Assembly (NCBI RefSeq): GCF_001457595.1 | Contig: NZ_LN831039.1 | Location: 4,800,001-4,832,000 of the forward strand | Source: Mycolicibacterium smegmatis | GTDB lineage: Bacteria; Actinomycetota; Actinomycetes; Mycobacteriales; Mycobacteriaceae | Length of the DNA stretch: 32,000 nt | Reading direction: 5' to 3' | Shown here: positions 1 to 9,519 of the stretch, one piece after another | Numbering within the stretch: the first letter of the stretch is position 1 | How the letters are laid out: each line of letters opens with the position of its first letter | Made by a program: the position numbers and the translations under genes | The notes under the pieces: model-generated | What the model was told of the DNA's origin: nothing | Database searches by the model: none | What the model saw: the letters and a program-made list of their open reading frames with translations, nothing else

Positions 1-338
1 ATGCACCGGGACAGGTCCGGGCCCACCGCGGTGGCCCTGACCTCGACCGACGAGCGGCGCACGCCTTCGCGGTCCTCGTACTCATTGGTGTAGAGGTGAC
101 CGACTACGACCACGGAGTCACCCTTGCCGAGTGACGCGCTGACGCCGCGGGCGAGGTTCCCCCAGCAGTTCACCGTGACGTACAACGAGTTGCCGGGCTC
201 CCAGGTGCCCTCGGGGCTGCGCCGCCGCGAATTGCTGGCCACCCGGAACTTGTAGAGCTCCTGGTCGCCGAAGCGCAGCCGCACCGGATTGGTGATGATG
301 TTGCCGACCACAGTGAACGGTGTCTCGAACATGTTCAT
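1..338 (-). CDS. ssbB: Single-stranded DNA-binding protein, SsbB-like (C-terminus cut by the window edge)
   Basis: Reverse translation from ATG at 338 gives MNMFETPFTVVGNIITNPVRLRFGDQELYKFRVASNSRRRSPEGTWEPGNSLYVTVNCWGNLPRGVSASLGKGDSVVVVGHLYTNEYEDREGRRRSSVEVRATAVGPDLSRC, an OB-fold SSB pattern. The ORF is not in the supplied track because it runs off the edge. Confidence 0.88.
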   Translation of the reverse strand, partial: MNMFETPFTVVGNIITNPVRLRFGDQELYKFRVASNSRRRSPEGTWEPGNSLYVTVNCWGNLARGVSASLGKGDSVVVVGHLYTNEYEDREGVRRSSVEVRATAVGPDLSRC

Positions 339-595
339 TCCCTTTCGCTTTTCATCCATGCGAACCGGTGAGATCCGGCCGCCTGTGACCCATTCATCGC
401 GCACGGGCCGACACGGGCCGTGCGCAGGGCCGATGAAGCGACAGGGTTGTGGATGAAATGCGATCTGGGGATAACTGCCGGGCCCACGGCGCGGCAGGCG
501 CCTGCGACGCGTCGAGGCTGTAGTTGCCGTGCTGTGCACTCGCACTTCTGCTCGGTAACTACAGCCTCGAAGGGTCCATGCCCGTGAGGGCCCGG

Positions 596-2614
596 CTACT
601 GGGGCGGGTTGTCCCGACGGGCCAGGTGGGCCAGCATCCGGTTGTAGGCGGCCAGGTCGGCGTCGTCGTCGCGGTCGGCCGCGCGGTCGAGGCGTTTGGC
701 CGTGCGGTCGTCGCTGCGCCGCCACTGGATGAGCAGCGCGAGCATCACGATCACCAGCGGAACCTCACCGGCCGCCCACGCCACCCCGCCGCCCAGCTTC
801 TGATCACCGAGCAGATCGGTGTGCCAGCTCAGCTGCAGCGATCGGTAGAAAGGCTCGCCCAGCACGGTCTTCATGCCCATCATCACCACACCGAAGAACG
901 CGTGCAGCGGCAGCGACGCGAAGACCATGCCGATCTTGCCGAGGTGCGGGATGGGACGCGGTGTCGGGTCGATGCCGATGACGACCCAGTAGAACAGGTA
1001 GCCCGACAGCAGGAAGTGCACGTTCATCATCACGTGCGCGGCGTGGTTGCTCACCGCGGCGTCGAAGATGCCGCCGAAATACAGGCCGTAGAACCCGACC
1101 ACGAACATCACCGTCGCGATCACCGGGTTGGTGAAGAACTGCGAGATCTTGGAGTGCAGCGCGGCCAGCAGCCATTCGCGCGGTCCCGGCGGCTGCCCGC
1201 GGCCCGCGGCGGGCAGGGCCCGCAGCGCCATGGTCACCGGAGCGCCGAGCACCAGCAGGATCGGCACCAGCATGGACAGCAGCATGTGGGCGATCATGTG
1301 CATGCTGAACATCGCGGGCATGTACCGCCCGAGGCCCGACGACGTGGTGAACAGCAGCGTTGCGCAGCCCAGCAGCCACGCGACGGTGCGGCCGACCGGC
1401 CAGGCGTCACCACGATGACGCAGCCGGTACAGCGCCGCGAGGTAGACCAGGGCGCCGACGATCGCGGCCGTGCCGAACAACAGGTCGAACCGCCAGTCGA
1501 ACAGCACACGGGCGACCGTGGGCGGACCGGCGAAGTCGTAGCCGATCGCCACCTCGGCGGCCGACGGGATGCGCTTGATCGGCGGCGGCGGGGTGCGCCC
1601 CAGCCCGACCGCGATGCCGAACGTCACGCCGAAGATCGCGCCCTCGGTGAGCGCGAGCCGGATCAGCGGGCCGCGCGCCGTGGGATCGGCCTGCAGTGCC
1701 GACACCGCGCTGCGCCGCTGCAGGAAGCCCAGCGCCCCCAGCACGACGAGCGCGACGATCTTGCCGACGATCAGCCAGCCGTAGGACGTGCGGAACAGGT
1801 CGGCGGGTGACATCCGCACCAGCGCGTTGATCACGCCGCTGACACCCATCGCGATGAAGCACCACAGCGCCAGCGCCGAGAAACGCCGCGCGGCCAGCGC
1901 AGTGGCCGCGCCCTCACCCGCTCTGCCGCGCATCGCGTGGGCCAGCAGCGCCAGCAGCCCACCGGCCCACACCGCACCTGCGACGAGGTGGATGAACAGG
2001 CTGTTGGTGGCCAGATCGTGCGCGCCGCCCGACGACGAGTGCCCGGTGAGCGCCAGCGGCACCAGCGTGACCAGCGAACCCGCGAACAGCACCGGCGTCC
2101 ATCCCCAGCGCAGCACGGGCAGGCTCGCGATGGTCACCGCTGCGGCGAGGATCGCCGTCCACCGCCACGCCCCGGCGATGTCGACCAGGCTGGTGGCCGA
2201 CCACACGTCGACCGGGCTCAGGTGCTCAAGGACCGGTTGGCCCGACACGTCGGAGATGGTCAGCGGCACCAGCATGGCCGCGCACACGGTCCACACGGCC
2301 GACGCCGCCGAGCCGAGGCGCAGCGCGCGGTAGCCCGCCACGTCGAGGACACCGTTTTCCTGCGGCGCCACCAGGAACGCCGCGAACAGGAACGAGCCGA
2401 CCGCGATGACGGCCGCGATCTCACCGGCCGCGCGCACGAACGGCAGGCCGTAGGTGGTGACGGGACCGGGGTTGGGCAGGCCCGTCGCGGTCAGCGCGTC
2501 GGCCAGCGCGAGCGCCCCGATCCCGGCTGCGACCGCGCCCGCGAGGAGTCCGACACCGACCAGTACGGGCCAGACCGCACGCACGTCAGAGGCCACGCGG
2601 CCGACAGAAGTCAT
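596..2614 (-). CDS. Cytochrome c oxidase assembly / copper resistance D family integral membrane protein (CopD-like N-terminal half, CtaG-like C-terminal half)
   Basis: 672 aa ORF with many hydrophobic segments. It contains a CopD-like heme/copper membrane region followed by HMIAHMLLSMLVPILLVLGAPVTM..HHAAHVMMNVHFLLSGYLFYWVVIG, typical of the CtaG family. Confidence 0.88.
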   Translation of the reverse strand: MTSVGRVASDVRAVWPVLVGVGLLAGAVAAGIGALALADALTATGLPNPGPVTTYGLPFVRAAGEIAAVIAVGSFLFAAFLVAPQENGVLDVAGYRALRLGSAASAVWTVCAAMLVPLTISDVSGQPVLEHLSPVDVWSATSLVDIAGAWRWTAILAAAVTIASLPVLRWGWTPVLFAGSLVTLVPLALTGHSSSGGAHDLATNSLFIHLVAGAVWAGGLLALLAHAMRGRAGEGAATALAARRFSALALWCFIAMGVSGVINALVRMSPADLFRTSYGWLIVGKIVALVVLGALGFLQRRSAVSALQADPTARGPLIRLALTEGAIFGVTFGIAVGLGRTPPPPIKRIPSAAEVAIGYDFAGPPTVARVLFDWRFDLLFGTAAIVGALVYLAALYRLRHRGDAWPVGRTVAWLLGCATLLFTTSSGLGRYMPAMFSMHMIAHMLLSMLVPILLVLGAPVTMALRALPAAGRGQPPGPREWLLAALHSKISQFFTNPVIATVMFVVGFYGLYFGGIFDAAVSNHAAHVMMNVHFLLSGYLFYWVVIGIDPTPRPIPHLGKIGMVFASLPLHAFFGVVMMGMKTVLGEPFYRSLQLSWHTDLLGDQKLGGGVAWAAGEVPLVIVMLALLIQWRRSDDRTAKRLDRAADRDDDADLAAYNRMLAHLARRDNPPQ

Positions 2615-2683
2615 GCTTCCAGCGTATGGCGTGTCTCAGGCCACAGCGGAGTGCCTACCTCTCGAAATACGCCGGTGGACGCC

Positions 2684-5044
2684 TCACACGGCTTCGTCCC
2701 GCTTCGTGCGCCGCTCGCGCTCCCGCGCGGCGAACAGTTCGCGCGCGTACCGGTCGACAGTGTCGAGGTCGCGCAGGATGCCGCGCAGTTCGTCGCGGAA
2801 CGCGCGCCGCTGCGCCATCAGCTCGGGGCCGTGTTCCAGCAGTCCCTGGTCGGCGGCGACCTGACGGGCCGTGGCGAACAGCAGCGCCGACACCGACTCG
2901 TTGTTGCGGACGCGGCCCTGCGCGACGTACTGCCGCCCTACCCCGAGCGCCAACTTGGTCAGATCCTTCTCGGCGATCTCGGCGGGTGCGTCGCGCAGCA
3001 CATCGGCGACGATCGTGTAGGCCTCGAAGTACGGGCGCAGCATGGCGTCGGCGAGCAGTGGGCGCTTCGCCCGCATCAGCGTCTCGATGCCGTCGCGGCC
3101 CGCCCGCACCTGCTGCTCCCAATCGGCATGCCACGACATCTCTTCCGCGACGTTCTGGTGGAACGCCGCGGAGTCGGCGAAGTAGAAGTCGAACTTCAGC
3201 AGGTCACGCAGTCGCACCACCTGGGTCCAGAAGGCCTGCAGCGGATCACCTTCGGCGTCGGCGGTGCGCGCGGCGTAGGCGAGCGCAAGCTCGACCAGTG
3301 AGGTCTCCAGGAACGCGTGGATCAGCGAGTTGCGGTAGAACGCGGCCTCGAGTTCGTTCTCGGGGGCGATGCGCCAGACCGGTTCGCGACCGGTGTCGAT
3401 GCACGTGACGGGATGACCGCCCGACAACGCGTCGACGGCCGCACGCACGCCCTCGAGGGTGCGCAACCGCATCGCGCTGTTGGTCACCGGGGTTTTCTTC
3501 TGCTCGAGGTAGTCGAGCGAATCCTGCAGTGCCTGATGGAGTTGCTCGAGGGTGAGCGCGACGCCGCGCGCGGTGAGCAGCAGCGCCGAGACGAGGTTGG
3601 TCGCGTTGACGGGCGTGACGCGCAGGATGCGCCAGGCCACCTCGAACGCCATCTTCTGCATGGCCAGCCGCTTGGCCGCCTCGTCCTCGACGAGCGGGCC
3701 GTGCGGCTCACCGAGGTACTGGCGCATCGAAACCGCCTCGGGGAAGCGGACATAGATTTTGCCGTAGTTGCGTTCGCCCTGGGCCTTGACGAAGTTGTAC
3801 AGCCAGCTCAGCCCTTCGGGCCGCTTCTCCCCGCCGCGTGCGTACTCGGCGTACTCGGCGGTCTCGTGCAACTGGTCGAAGCTGATCGACACCGGTTGCA
3901 GCAGGATGTCGTCGCTGCGGCCGTCCAGGTAGGCGTCGGCCACGTACGCCAGCAGTCCGAGCTTGGGCGGCAGCATCTTCCCGGTGCGCGACCGCGTGCC
4001 CTCGATGGACCAGTTCAGGTTGAACCGCTTCTCGACGAGGTAGCCGACGTACTGGCGCAGCACGTATTTGTACAGCGGGTCGTCGAGCTTGCGGCGCAGG
4101 AAGATCACACCCGAATGCCGGAAGATCGGACCCATGACGCCGAACGACAGGTTGATCCCGGCGAAGGTGTGCACCGGCGGAAGTCGGTTCTCCTGCATCG
4201 CGACCGGCACGATGACACCGTCGAGATAAGAGCGGTGCGAGAACAGCAGCACGGCGGGATGCTGCTCAAGCGCGTGGCGCATCTGCTCGATCTCGATGCG
4301 GTCGTAGTCGATTCGCGGGTCGAAACCACGGCTGAAGATGGCCCGGCCCAGTGACGGGATGAGGTCCACCGAGAAACGGCTCCACCCGGTCGAGAGCTCG
4401 TCGAGCATCTCGCCGGCCTTCTCCGGCGTGGCACCCGGGATCTGGGCGAGGCCCTCCCGGAACCGCGCCGACGCCATCATCTCCGGTTTGACCAGCCGCG
4501 GCGACTTGTACTCCGGCCCCAAGAGCCGCAACTCGACCCGCTCGATGGCCAGCACGGCGCGGCGCAGCACGAAATGCGCGAAGTCGCGCGGGTTTTCGCC
4601 GACGGTCGTCTCACTCCACTGCTTGCGCAGCTCTGACACCTTGGCCGGTTCGCCCGCGACCACGCGGGCGCGCGACGGGTCCTTGCGCAGGATGCGGCGC
4701 TGCAGGATCTCCGGTGGCCGGTAGGTGTCGCGGCCCGACATCAGGGCGACCACCTTCAGCCGCGTGGGCAGCCCCCCGGGAACCCAGAACACCCGCACGG
4801 GAACCACGAGACGGTTCTCGTCGGCTTCGAGTTCCTCGACCAGACGTGCGAGATCCCCCGGCGCCGGTTCGTCGGTGGCAGGCAACTGGAGCACGTCGAC
4901 CTTGGAATCGGGGTGTTCTCGGCGGTGGGTGCGCAGCCAGACGTTGAGCAGTTCCAGTTCGGCGTCCGACGACACCGACGCCAGCACCAGCGCGTCGTCG
5001 TTGGTGGTGAAGCTCGCGAAGTAGTCGGTCGGGGGCGCGGTCAC
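2684..5044 (-). CDS. plsB2: Glycerol-3-phosphate 1-O-acyltransferase (PlsB2-like)
   Basis: Product [20 protein letters not shown].. contains the acyltransferase motif [11 protein letters not shown] (HxxxxD). I favour GTG at 5044 over the track's upstream start: AAAGGA lies just upstream and the codon overlaps the plsC stop as GTGA. Confidence 0.93.
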   Translation of the reverse strand: MTAPPTDYFASFTTNDDALVLASVSSDAELELLNVWLRTHRREHPDSKVDVLQLPATDEPAPGDLARLVEELEADENRLVVPVRVFWVPGGLPTRLKVVALMSGRDTYRPPEILQRRILRKDPSRARVVAGEPAKVSELRKQWSETTVGENPRDFAHFVLRRAVLAIERVELRLLGPEYKSPRLVKPEMMASARFREGLAQIPGATPEKAGEMLDELSTGWSRFSVDLIPSLGRAIFSRGFDPRIDYDRIEIEQMRHALEQHPAVLLFSHRSYLDGVIVPVAMQENRLPPVHTFAGINLSFGVMGPIFRHSGVIFLRRKLDDPLYKYVLRQYVGYLVEKRFNLNWSIEGTRSRTGKMLPPKLGLLAYVADAYLDGRSDDILLQPVSISFDQLHETAEYAEYARGGEKRPEGLSWLYNFVKAQGERNYGKIYVRFPEAVSMRQYLGEPHGPLVEDEAAKRLAMQKMAFEVAWRILRVTPVNATNLVSALLLTARGVALTLEQLHQALQDSLDYLEQKKTPVTNSAMRLRTLEGVRAAVDALSGGHPVTCIDTGREPVWRIAPENELEAAFYRNSLIHAFLETSLVELALAYAARTADAEGDPLQAFWTQVVRLRDLLKFDFYFADSAAFHQNVAEEMSWHADWEQQVRAGRDGIETLMRAKRPLLADAMLRPYFEAYTIVADVLRDAPAEIAEKDLTKLALGVGRQYVAQGRVRNNESVSALLFATARQVAADQGLLEHGPELMAQRRAFRDELRGILRDLDTVDRYARELFAARERERRTKRDEAV

Positions 5045-6597
5045 GGACGTCCTTTCGCAGGCGCCTTCTTCGCCGCTTTGCGGGCCGTCTTCTTCGCGGC
5101 TTTGCGTGGCGAATAGATGTCGAACTCCGGCAGCCGGTCGTGCGGCCACGACGCGAGCGTGTCGAGGTAGATCTGGCGGACCTGCTCGATGCGTTCGGGC
5201 AGGTTCTCGACGGTCCAGTCGTCGACCGGGATCGGCGGGTACACCGCGACGTCGACGGTGCCCGGGTTGAACGTGCTGGAATCGCGTGCGGCGATCACCT
5301 CGGCGTTGCGGATCACGATGGGCACCACGGGAATTCCCGCGGCCATCGCGATGCGGAACGCCCCCTTCTTGAACGGGCCCACCGCGGTGGTGTCCAGCCG
5401 GGTGCCCTCCGGCGCGATCAGGATCGAGATGCCTTCGCGGGCAAGCTCTTCCACCTTGTGCAGGCCTTCGACGGCCTTCACCGGGTCGTCGCGGTCGATG
5501 AACGCGGCGTCCATGACGCGCCCGAGGGTGCCGACCAGCGGATCATTGGCGAGCTCTTTCTTGCCGACACCGGTGAAGTTGTCACGCACCAGGGTTCCCG
5601 CGATGATCGGGTCGACCTGGTTGCGGTGGTTGAAGATGAACACCGCCGGCCGCTGCGCGGTCAGGTTCTCCTCCCCCAGCACGTTGAGGTTGACGCCGGT
5701 GGTCGCCAGCAGCACCCGGCTCCACGTGGAGGTGAAGAAGTTGACGCCGCGACGGCGGTTGCGGTTGAGCAGGCCCCAGCCGATCGCCGCCCCCGCCACC
5801 GGCATCAGCGACGCCACGCCGGCCACGGTGCGCAGTTGCGCCATGGGGCTGCTGCCGCTGCGGCTGGTGAACCGCAGGATGGGCCACCCGCGTTTGGCGG
5901 CGACAGCGGCGAGCTTGCCCTCGGGGTTGGTCGGCCGCGGGTTGCCGACCAGGTACATCAGCGCGACGTCCTCGTCGCCGTCGGCGTAGAAGTAGCTCTT
6001 CGACAGGTCGACACCGTTGGCGGCCGCGAATTCCTGTACGGCGCGGGCCTTCCCGGGACCCCAGATGATCGGCGTCCTCACCTCACCGGTGATCAGACCG
6101 TCCTCGTCGGTCTCGAACTTGTTGCTCAGCACGTTGTCGATGCCCAGGAAGCGGGCCACGGGCTCCACCTGCACGGTCAGCGCCGACGAACTGAGCACCA
6201 CGGTGTGCCCGCGGGCCATGTGGGCACGGACCATCGCCCGCATCTCGGGATAGATGCGGCCCTGCACGTACTGCACGAACAGGCGCTCCCCGAGTTCGTC
6301 GAGATCACTGAGCGAATTGCCGCGCAGCATCCGCGCGCCCTTGCCGATGAGGTCCTCGAACTCCGAGCGGCCGAGGCGGTGGTTGAGACCGGCCTGCACC
6401 ATGCCGATGAACTCGCCGACGCTCATCTGGCGTCGCCGCAGCCGGTCCTGGGTCATGAGCACCCCGGTGAAACCCGCCACCAGGGTGCCGTCGAGGTCGA
6501 AGAACGCACCGATCTCCGGACCTTCCGGGCTCGCCTCGATCTCGGCGAGTGTCCCGGGAAGCCGCATGGGCCTACCGGCCGAACCCACGGATGTCAC
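5041..6597 (-). CDS. plsC: HAD-IB family hydrolase fused to 1-acylglycerol-3-phosphate acyltransferase (PlsC)
   Basis: 518 aa. HAD motif FFDLDGTLV in the N-terminal part; PlsC motifs FNHRNQVDP and IAPEGTR in the C-terminal part. The Lys/Ala-rich tail ends [20 protein letters not shown]. Confidence 0.92.
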   Translation of the reverse strand: MTSVGSAGRPMRLPGTLAEIEASPEGPEIGAFFDLDGTLVAGFTGVLMTQDRLRRRQMSVGEFIGMVQAGLNHRLGRSEFEDLIGKGARMLRGNSLSDLDELGERLFVQYVQGRIYPEMRAMVRAHMARGHTVVLSSSALTVQVEPVARFLGIDNVLSNKFETDEDGLITGEVRTPIIWGPGKARAVQEFAAANGVDLSKSYFYADGDEDVALMYLVGNPRPTNPEGKLAAVAAKRGWPILRFTSRSGSSPMAQLRTVAGVASLMPVAGAAIGWGLLNRNRRRGVNFFTSTWSRVLLATTGVNLNVLGEENLTAQRPAVFIFNHRNQVDPIIAGTLVRDNFTGVGKKELANDPLVGTLGRVMDAAFIDRDDPVKAVEGLHKVEELAREGISILIAPEGTRLDTTAVGPFKKGAFRIAMAAGIPVVPIVIRNAEVIAARDSSTFNPGTVDVAVYPPIPVDDWTVENLPERIEQVRQIYLDTLASWPHDRLPEFDIYSPRKAAKKTARKAAKKAPAKGRP

Positions 6598-8060
6598 TGC
6601 GCACCACCAATGTTCGTGCCGGGTTCGGGGTCAAACGACGCCGGGGTGCAGCGCACCTCGCCACCGAGGGCGAGCACCTCGTCGAAGCCCTGCTGCAGGC
6701 ACCGCGCGAACAGCGCGCCGTCGGTGATCGCCGCGCGGTCGTAGCGGACGGTGACGGTGATGTAGCCGCCCCGCGAGATCAGCACCACCATCATCGCCAC
6801 GCCGGGCAGCGGTCCCAGCCCGTAGTGCCGCAGGATCTTGGCCCCGGCGAGGAAGGTGTCGCCCGGATAGATCGGCACGTTCGAGGCCTGCACGTCGGAG
6901 TTCACCACCGAACCGGCCACCGATTCCAGGATCGTGTCGGGCAGCAGGCTCAACACCGGCGCGATGGCACCGACGACATCGATCGCCCGTTCCTCGCGCA
7001 GGCTGGTCATCTGGCTCCTGACGGACTTGATGCGCTGCTCGGCGTCCTCGATGCCGATCGGCGCCGACAGGTTGACCCCCGCGAAGCGGTTGCCGCCGGC
7101 CGGGTCGTCCTCGGCGCGCAGGTTCACCGGCACCGCCATCGGCAGCGAGTCGATCGGCACGCCCTTGGCGTCGTGGTAGAGCCGCAGCGCGCCGCACACC
7201 CCGGCGAGATAGGCGTCGTTGATCGAACCGCCCGCGGCCTTGGCCGCGCGGTGGAAGTCGCCGAACGGGATGTCGATGGCCTCGCTGCGCGACGCCAGGC
7301 TGCGTCGGCGCAGCAGCGGCGAGGGCTCGGCGGCCGGGGCCATCACCCGGGTGCCCGACATTGCGTAGTCCACGACACCGCTGACCGCCGAGATCGGGTC
7401 GCGCACCACCTTGGTGACCGCACGCGCCGCGCCGCCGAGGGCGCCGAGCACGCCGCCGGCGATCGAGCCGGGCAACCGGTTGATGCCCTCGCGCATCAGT
7501 TCGCCGGGTGAGAGATCCTGCGGGATGGGCAGCGGCGGTGGCGTGTCCGGTTCGGGATCGCGTTCGAGGTCATAGATGCTGGCGAACATCTCCACACCGC
7601 CGACGGCGTCGCTGACCGCGTGGCTCAGGTGCAGGATCGTCGCGGCGCGCCCGTCGGCCAGTCCCTCGACCAGCGTGGCGCTCCACAGCGGACGGGTGAT
7701 GTCCATCGGTGACTGCATGGCAACCTCGGCCAGGTCGAGCACCTGCCGCAGGGTTCCCGGCCCGGGCACCCGCACACGTCGCACGTGGTAGTCGAGGTTG
7801 AAGTCGGGGTCAACCACCCAGCGCGGCGCCGCGGTCGGAAGTGTGGGCATCACGACCTTCTGCCGCAGCCGCACCACCTTGCGCGACGCATGGTCGAAGC
7901 GGGTGCGGAACCGCTCCCAGTCCGGGGTGGTGTCGAGCAGTTCGACGCCCATGATTCCCGAGCGTGTGCGCGGGTTCGCCTCCCCGCGGTGCAGCAGCTG
8001 ATCGACTGCACTCAGCTCTTCGGGCAATCCGGCCGCGTCCCGCTCCGGCACGTAGCTCAT
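6594..8060 (-). CDS. WS/DGAT-family O-acyltransferase homologue
   Basis: 488 aa. LSAVDQLLHR N-terminus; PLWSATLVEGLADGRAATILHLSHAVSDAVGG at the catalytic-motif position; C-terminal LSAPIGIEDAEQRIKSVRSQ and FAGVNLS segments characteristic of the family. Confidence 0.88.
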   Translation of the reverse strand: MSYVPERDAAGLPEELSAVDQLLHRGEANPRTRSGIMGVELLDTTPDWERFRTRFDHASRKVVRLRQKVVMPTLPTAAPRWVVDPDFNLDYHVRRVRVPGPGTLRQVLDLAEVAMQSPMDITRPLWSATLVEGLADGRAATILHLSHAVSDAVGGVEMFASIYDLERDPEPDTPPPLPIPQDLSPGELMREGINRLPGSIAGGVLGALGGAARAVTKVVRDPISAVSGVVDYAMSGTRVMAPAAEPSPLLRRRSLASRSEAIDIPFGDFHRAAKAAGGSINDAYLAGVCGALRLYHDAKGVPIDSLPMAVPVNLRAEDDPAGGNRFAGVNLSAPIGIEDAEQRIKSVRSQMTSLREERAIDVVGAIAPVLSLLPDTILESVAGSVVNSDVQASNVPIYPGDTFLAGAKILRHYGLGPLPGVAMMVVLISRGGYITVTVRYDRAAITDGALFARCLQQGFDEVLALGGEVRCTPASFDPEPGTNIGGAQ

Positions 8061-8199
8061 AGCGTGGTCCCTCTCCCCTCACCCGGCAGCCAAGTGCAGC
8101 GTCCACGCTAGTCTGCGTCCGCCGGACACGGGTCCGGTTTCCCCACGTGTCACACGTATGCGTATCCGGCGAAGACGGACGATAGACTCATCCGTCGTT

Positions 8200-8272
8200 G
8201 CCTCCGTAGCTCAATGGATAGAGCATCGGCCTTCTAATCCGACGGTTGCAGGTTCGAGTCCTGCCGGGGGCG
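8200..8272 (+). tRNA. tRNA-Arg (anticodon TCT)
   Basis: Cloverleaf readable by eye: acceptor GCCTCCG/CGGGGGC, D-arm GCTC..GAGC, anticodon loop CTTCTAA, T-arm GCAGG-TTCGAGT-CCTGC. Confidence 0.95.
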
Positions 8273-8372
8273 CTTTGCCGGTGTGTGGAGCCGGTGGCCC
8301 GGACCGGGCTGCTGCTGCCACCACCAGGTGGCAGCCTCCGGGGCTCGAATCGCGGCTCCGGAGGTAACCCAC

Positions 8373-9227
8373 TCAGCGCGCCGCAGCAAGATCCTCGGCG
8401 AGGAAATCGAGCAGAACCCGATTGAACTCCTCGGTGTGGCTCACCGGGATACCGTGGGGCCCACCGGAGATGACGTGCAGGCGGCTGTTGGGCAGCGCCG
8501 CGTGGGTACGTTCACCGCAGTTCTGCAGCGGGGTCGTCGCGTCGGCGTCGCCGTGGATGACCAGCGCGGGTACGGTCACCCGCGGAAGATCCTCACGAAA
8601 GTCGGTGTTGGAGAACGCCGCCATGCATGCCAGCGCCGCGTTCTTGCTGGCCTGTCCGCACATGTCGAGGACCTGCTGCAGCGCGTCCTCGGAGATGGTC
8701 AGGACGCCATCGGCCGAGAACACCCCCGTCATCATCTCGCGGTAGAACGCGTCGGAGTTCGTCGTCAGCGCCGCGGCCATCTGCGCGGCCTGCGTCTTGC
8801 TCAGCGGGCCCTCGGGGTTGTCCGCGGTGTTCAGCATGTACGGGGTCACCGGCGCGGCCAACACCACGCTGCGCAACCGCTCGGTGCCCTTGCGCGCGCA
8901 GTAGGCAGCGACCTCACCGGTGCCCATCGAGAACCCGACCAGGGTCGCGTCACGTACGTCGAGTTCATCCAGCACCGCCGCGAGGTCGTCGGACAACGCT
9001 TCGTACGTGTAACCCACAAGGGAGGTGTCGCTGCGTCCGAAGCCGCGGCGGTCATAGGTGATCACGCGGTGGCCCGCGGCCGTCAGGGCCTCGACCTGCG
9101 CACCCCAGGATTCACCGGTCAGCGGCCAGCCGTAGACCAGCACCACCGGACGGCCGGCACCGCCGGTGTCCTCGACGTGCAGTTCGATCGACCGGAGCAG
9201 GCCACGGTAGGCCGTGATGGCAGCCAC
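8373..9227 (-). CDS. Alpha/beta hydrolase (non-heme chloroperoxidase/esterase-like)
   Basis: 284 aa. Nucleophile elbow GFSMG, Asp in HGDADATTP, His in SGGPHG. GTG start preceded by GGAGGAT. Confidence 0.9.
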   Translation of the reverse strand: MAAITAYRGLLRSIELHVEDTGGAGRPVVLVYGWPLTGESWGAQVEALTAAGHRVITYDRRGFGRSDTSLVGYTYEALSDDLAAVLDELDVRDATLVGFSMGTGEVAAYCARKGTERLRSVVLAAPVTPYMLNTADNPEGPLSKTQAAQMAAALTTNSDAFYREMMTGVFSADGVLTISEDALQQVLDMCGQASKNAALACMAAFSNTDFREDLPRVTVPALVIHGDADATTPLQNCGERTHAALPNSRLHVISGGPHGIPVSHTEEFNRVLLDFLAEDLAAAR

Positions 9228-9519
9228 AGATCCTCCAACAGTATTTCAGGGGTTTACCAGTCTGTACCCGGCGAGAACTCGCCGAAACTCACCTCGAACC
9301 CAGGGACGCCTGAAGACGCCGGCGTCCGTCCCGAATCACGAAGAGCGACAATGTATCTGATGTGGACACGCGTGAAATCACCGCCCGTGTCCTCGATCAC
9401 GTCGATCCGGCGCGCCCGACGGGGCACATCGCTGCCTCTCACCTCCCGCTCGTGCGGAACATTCACCCGTCTACGTGGGATTACTGACGTGTCGGAGCCG
9501 TCGTGGCACAGTCGATGGC

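Noticed and set aside
524-1810. 428 aa plus-strand ORF in the track
   Set aside because: Low-complexity Arg/His/Gln/Gly-rich translation antisense to a well-supported membrane protein gene; typical high-GC shadow ORF.
5140-6744. 534 aa plus-strand ORF
   Set aside because: Antisense to the HAD-PlsC fusion and WS/DGAT genes. No recognisable motifs; skewed R/H/D/G composition.
8174-8196. GACGGA...TCCGTC inverted repeat just before tRNA-Arg
   Set aside because: Short arms with an 11-nt spacer in GC-rich sequence, easily expected by chance. It overlaps the likely tRNA promoter and mature 5' flank without further support.
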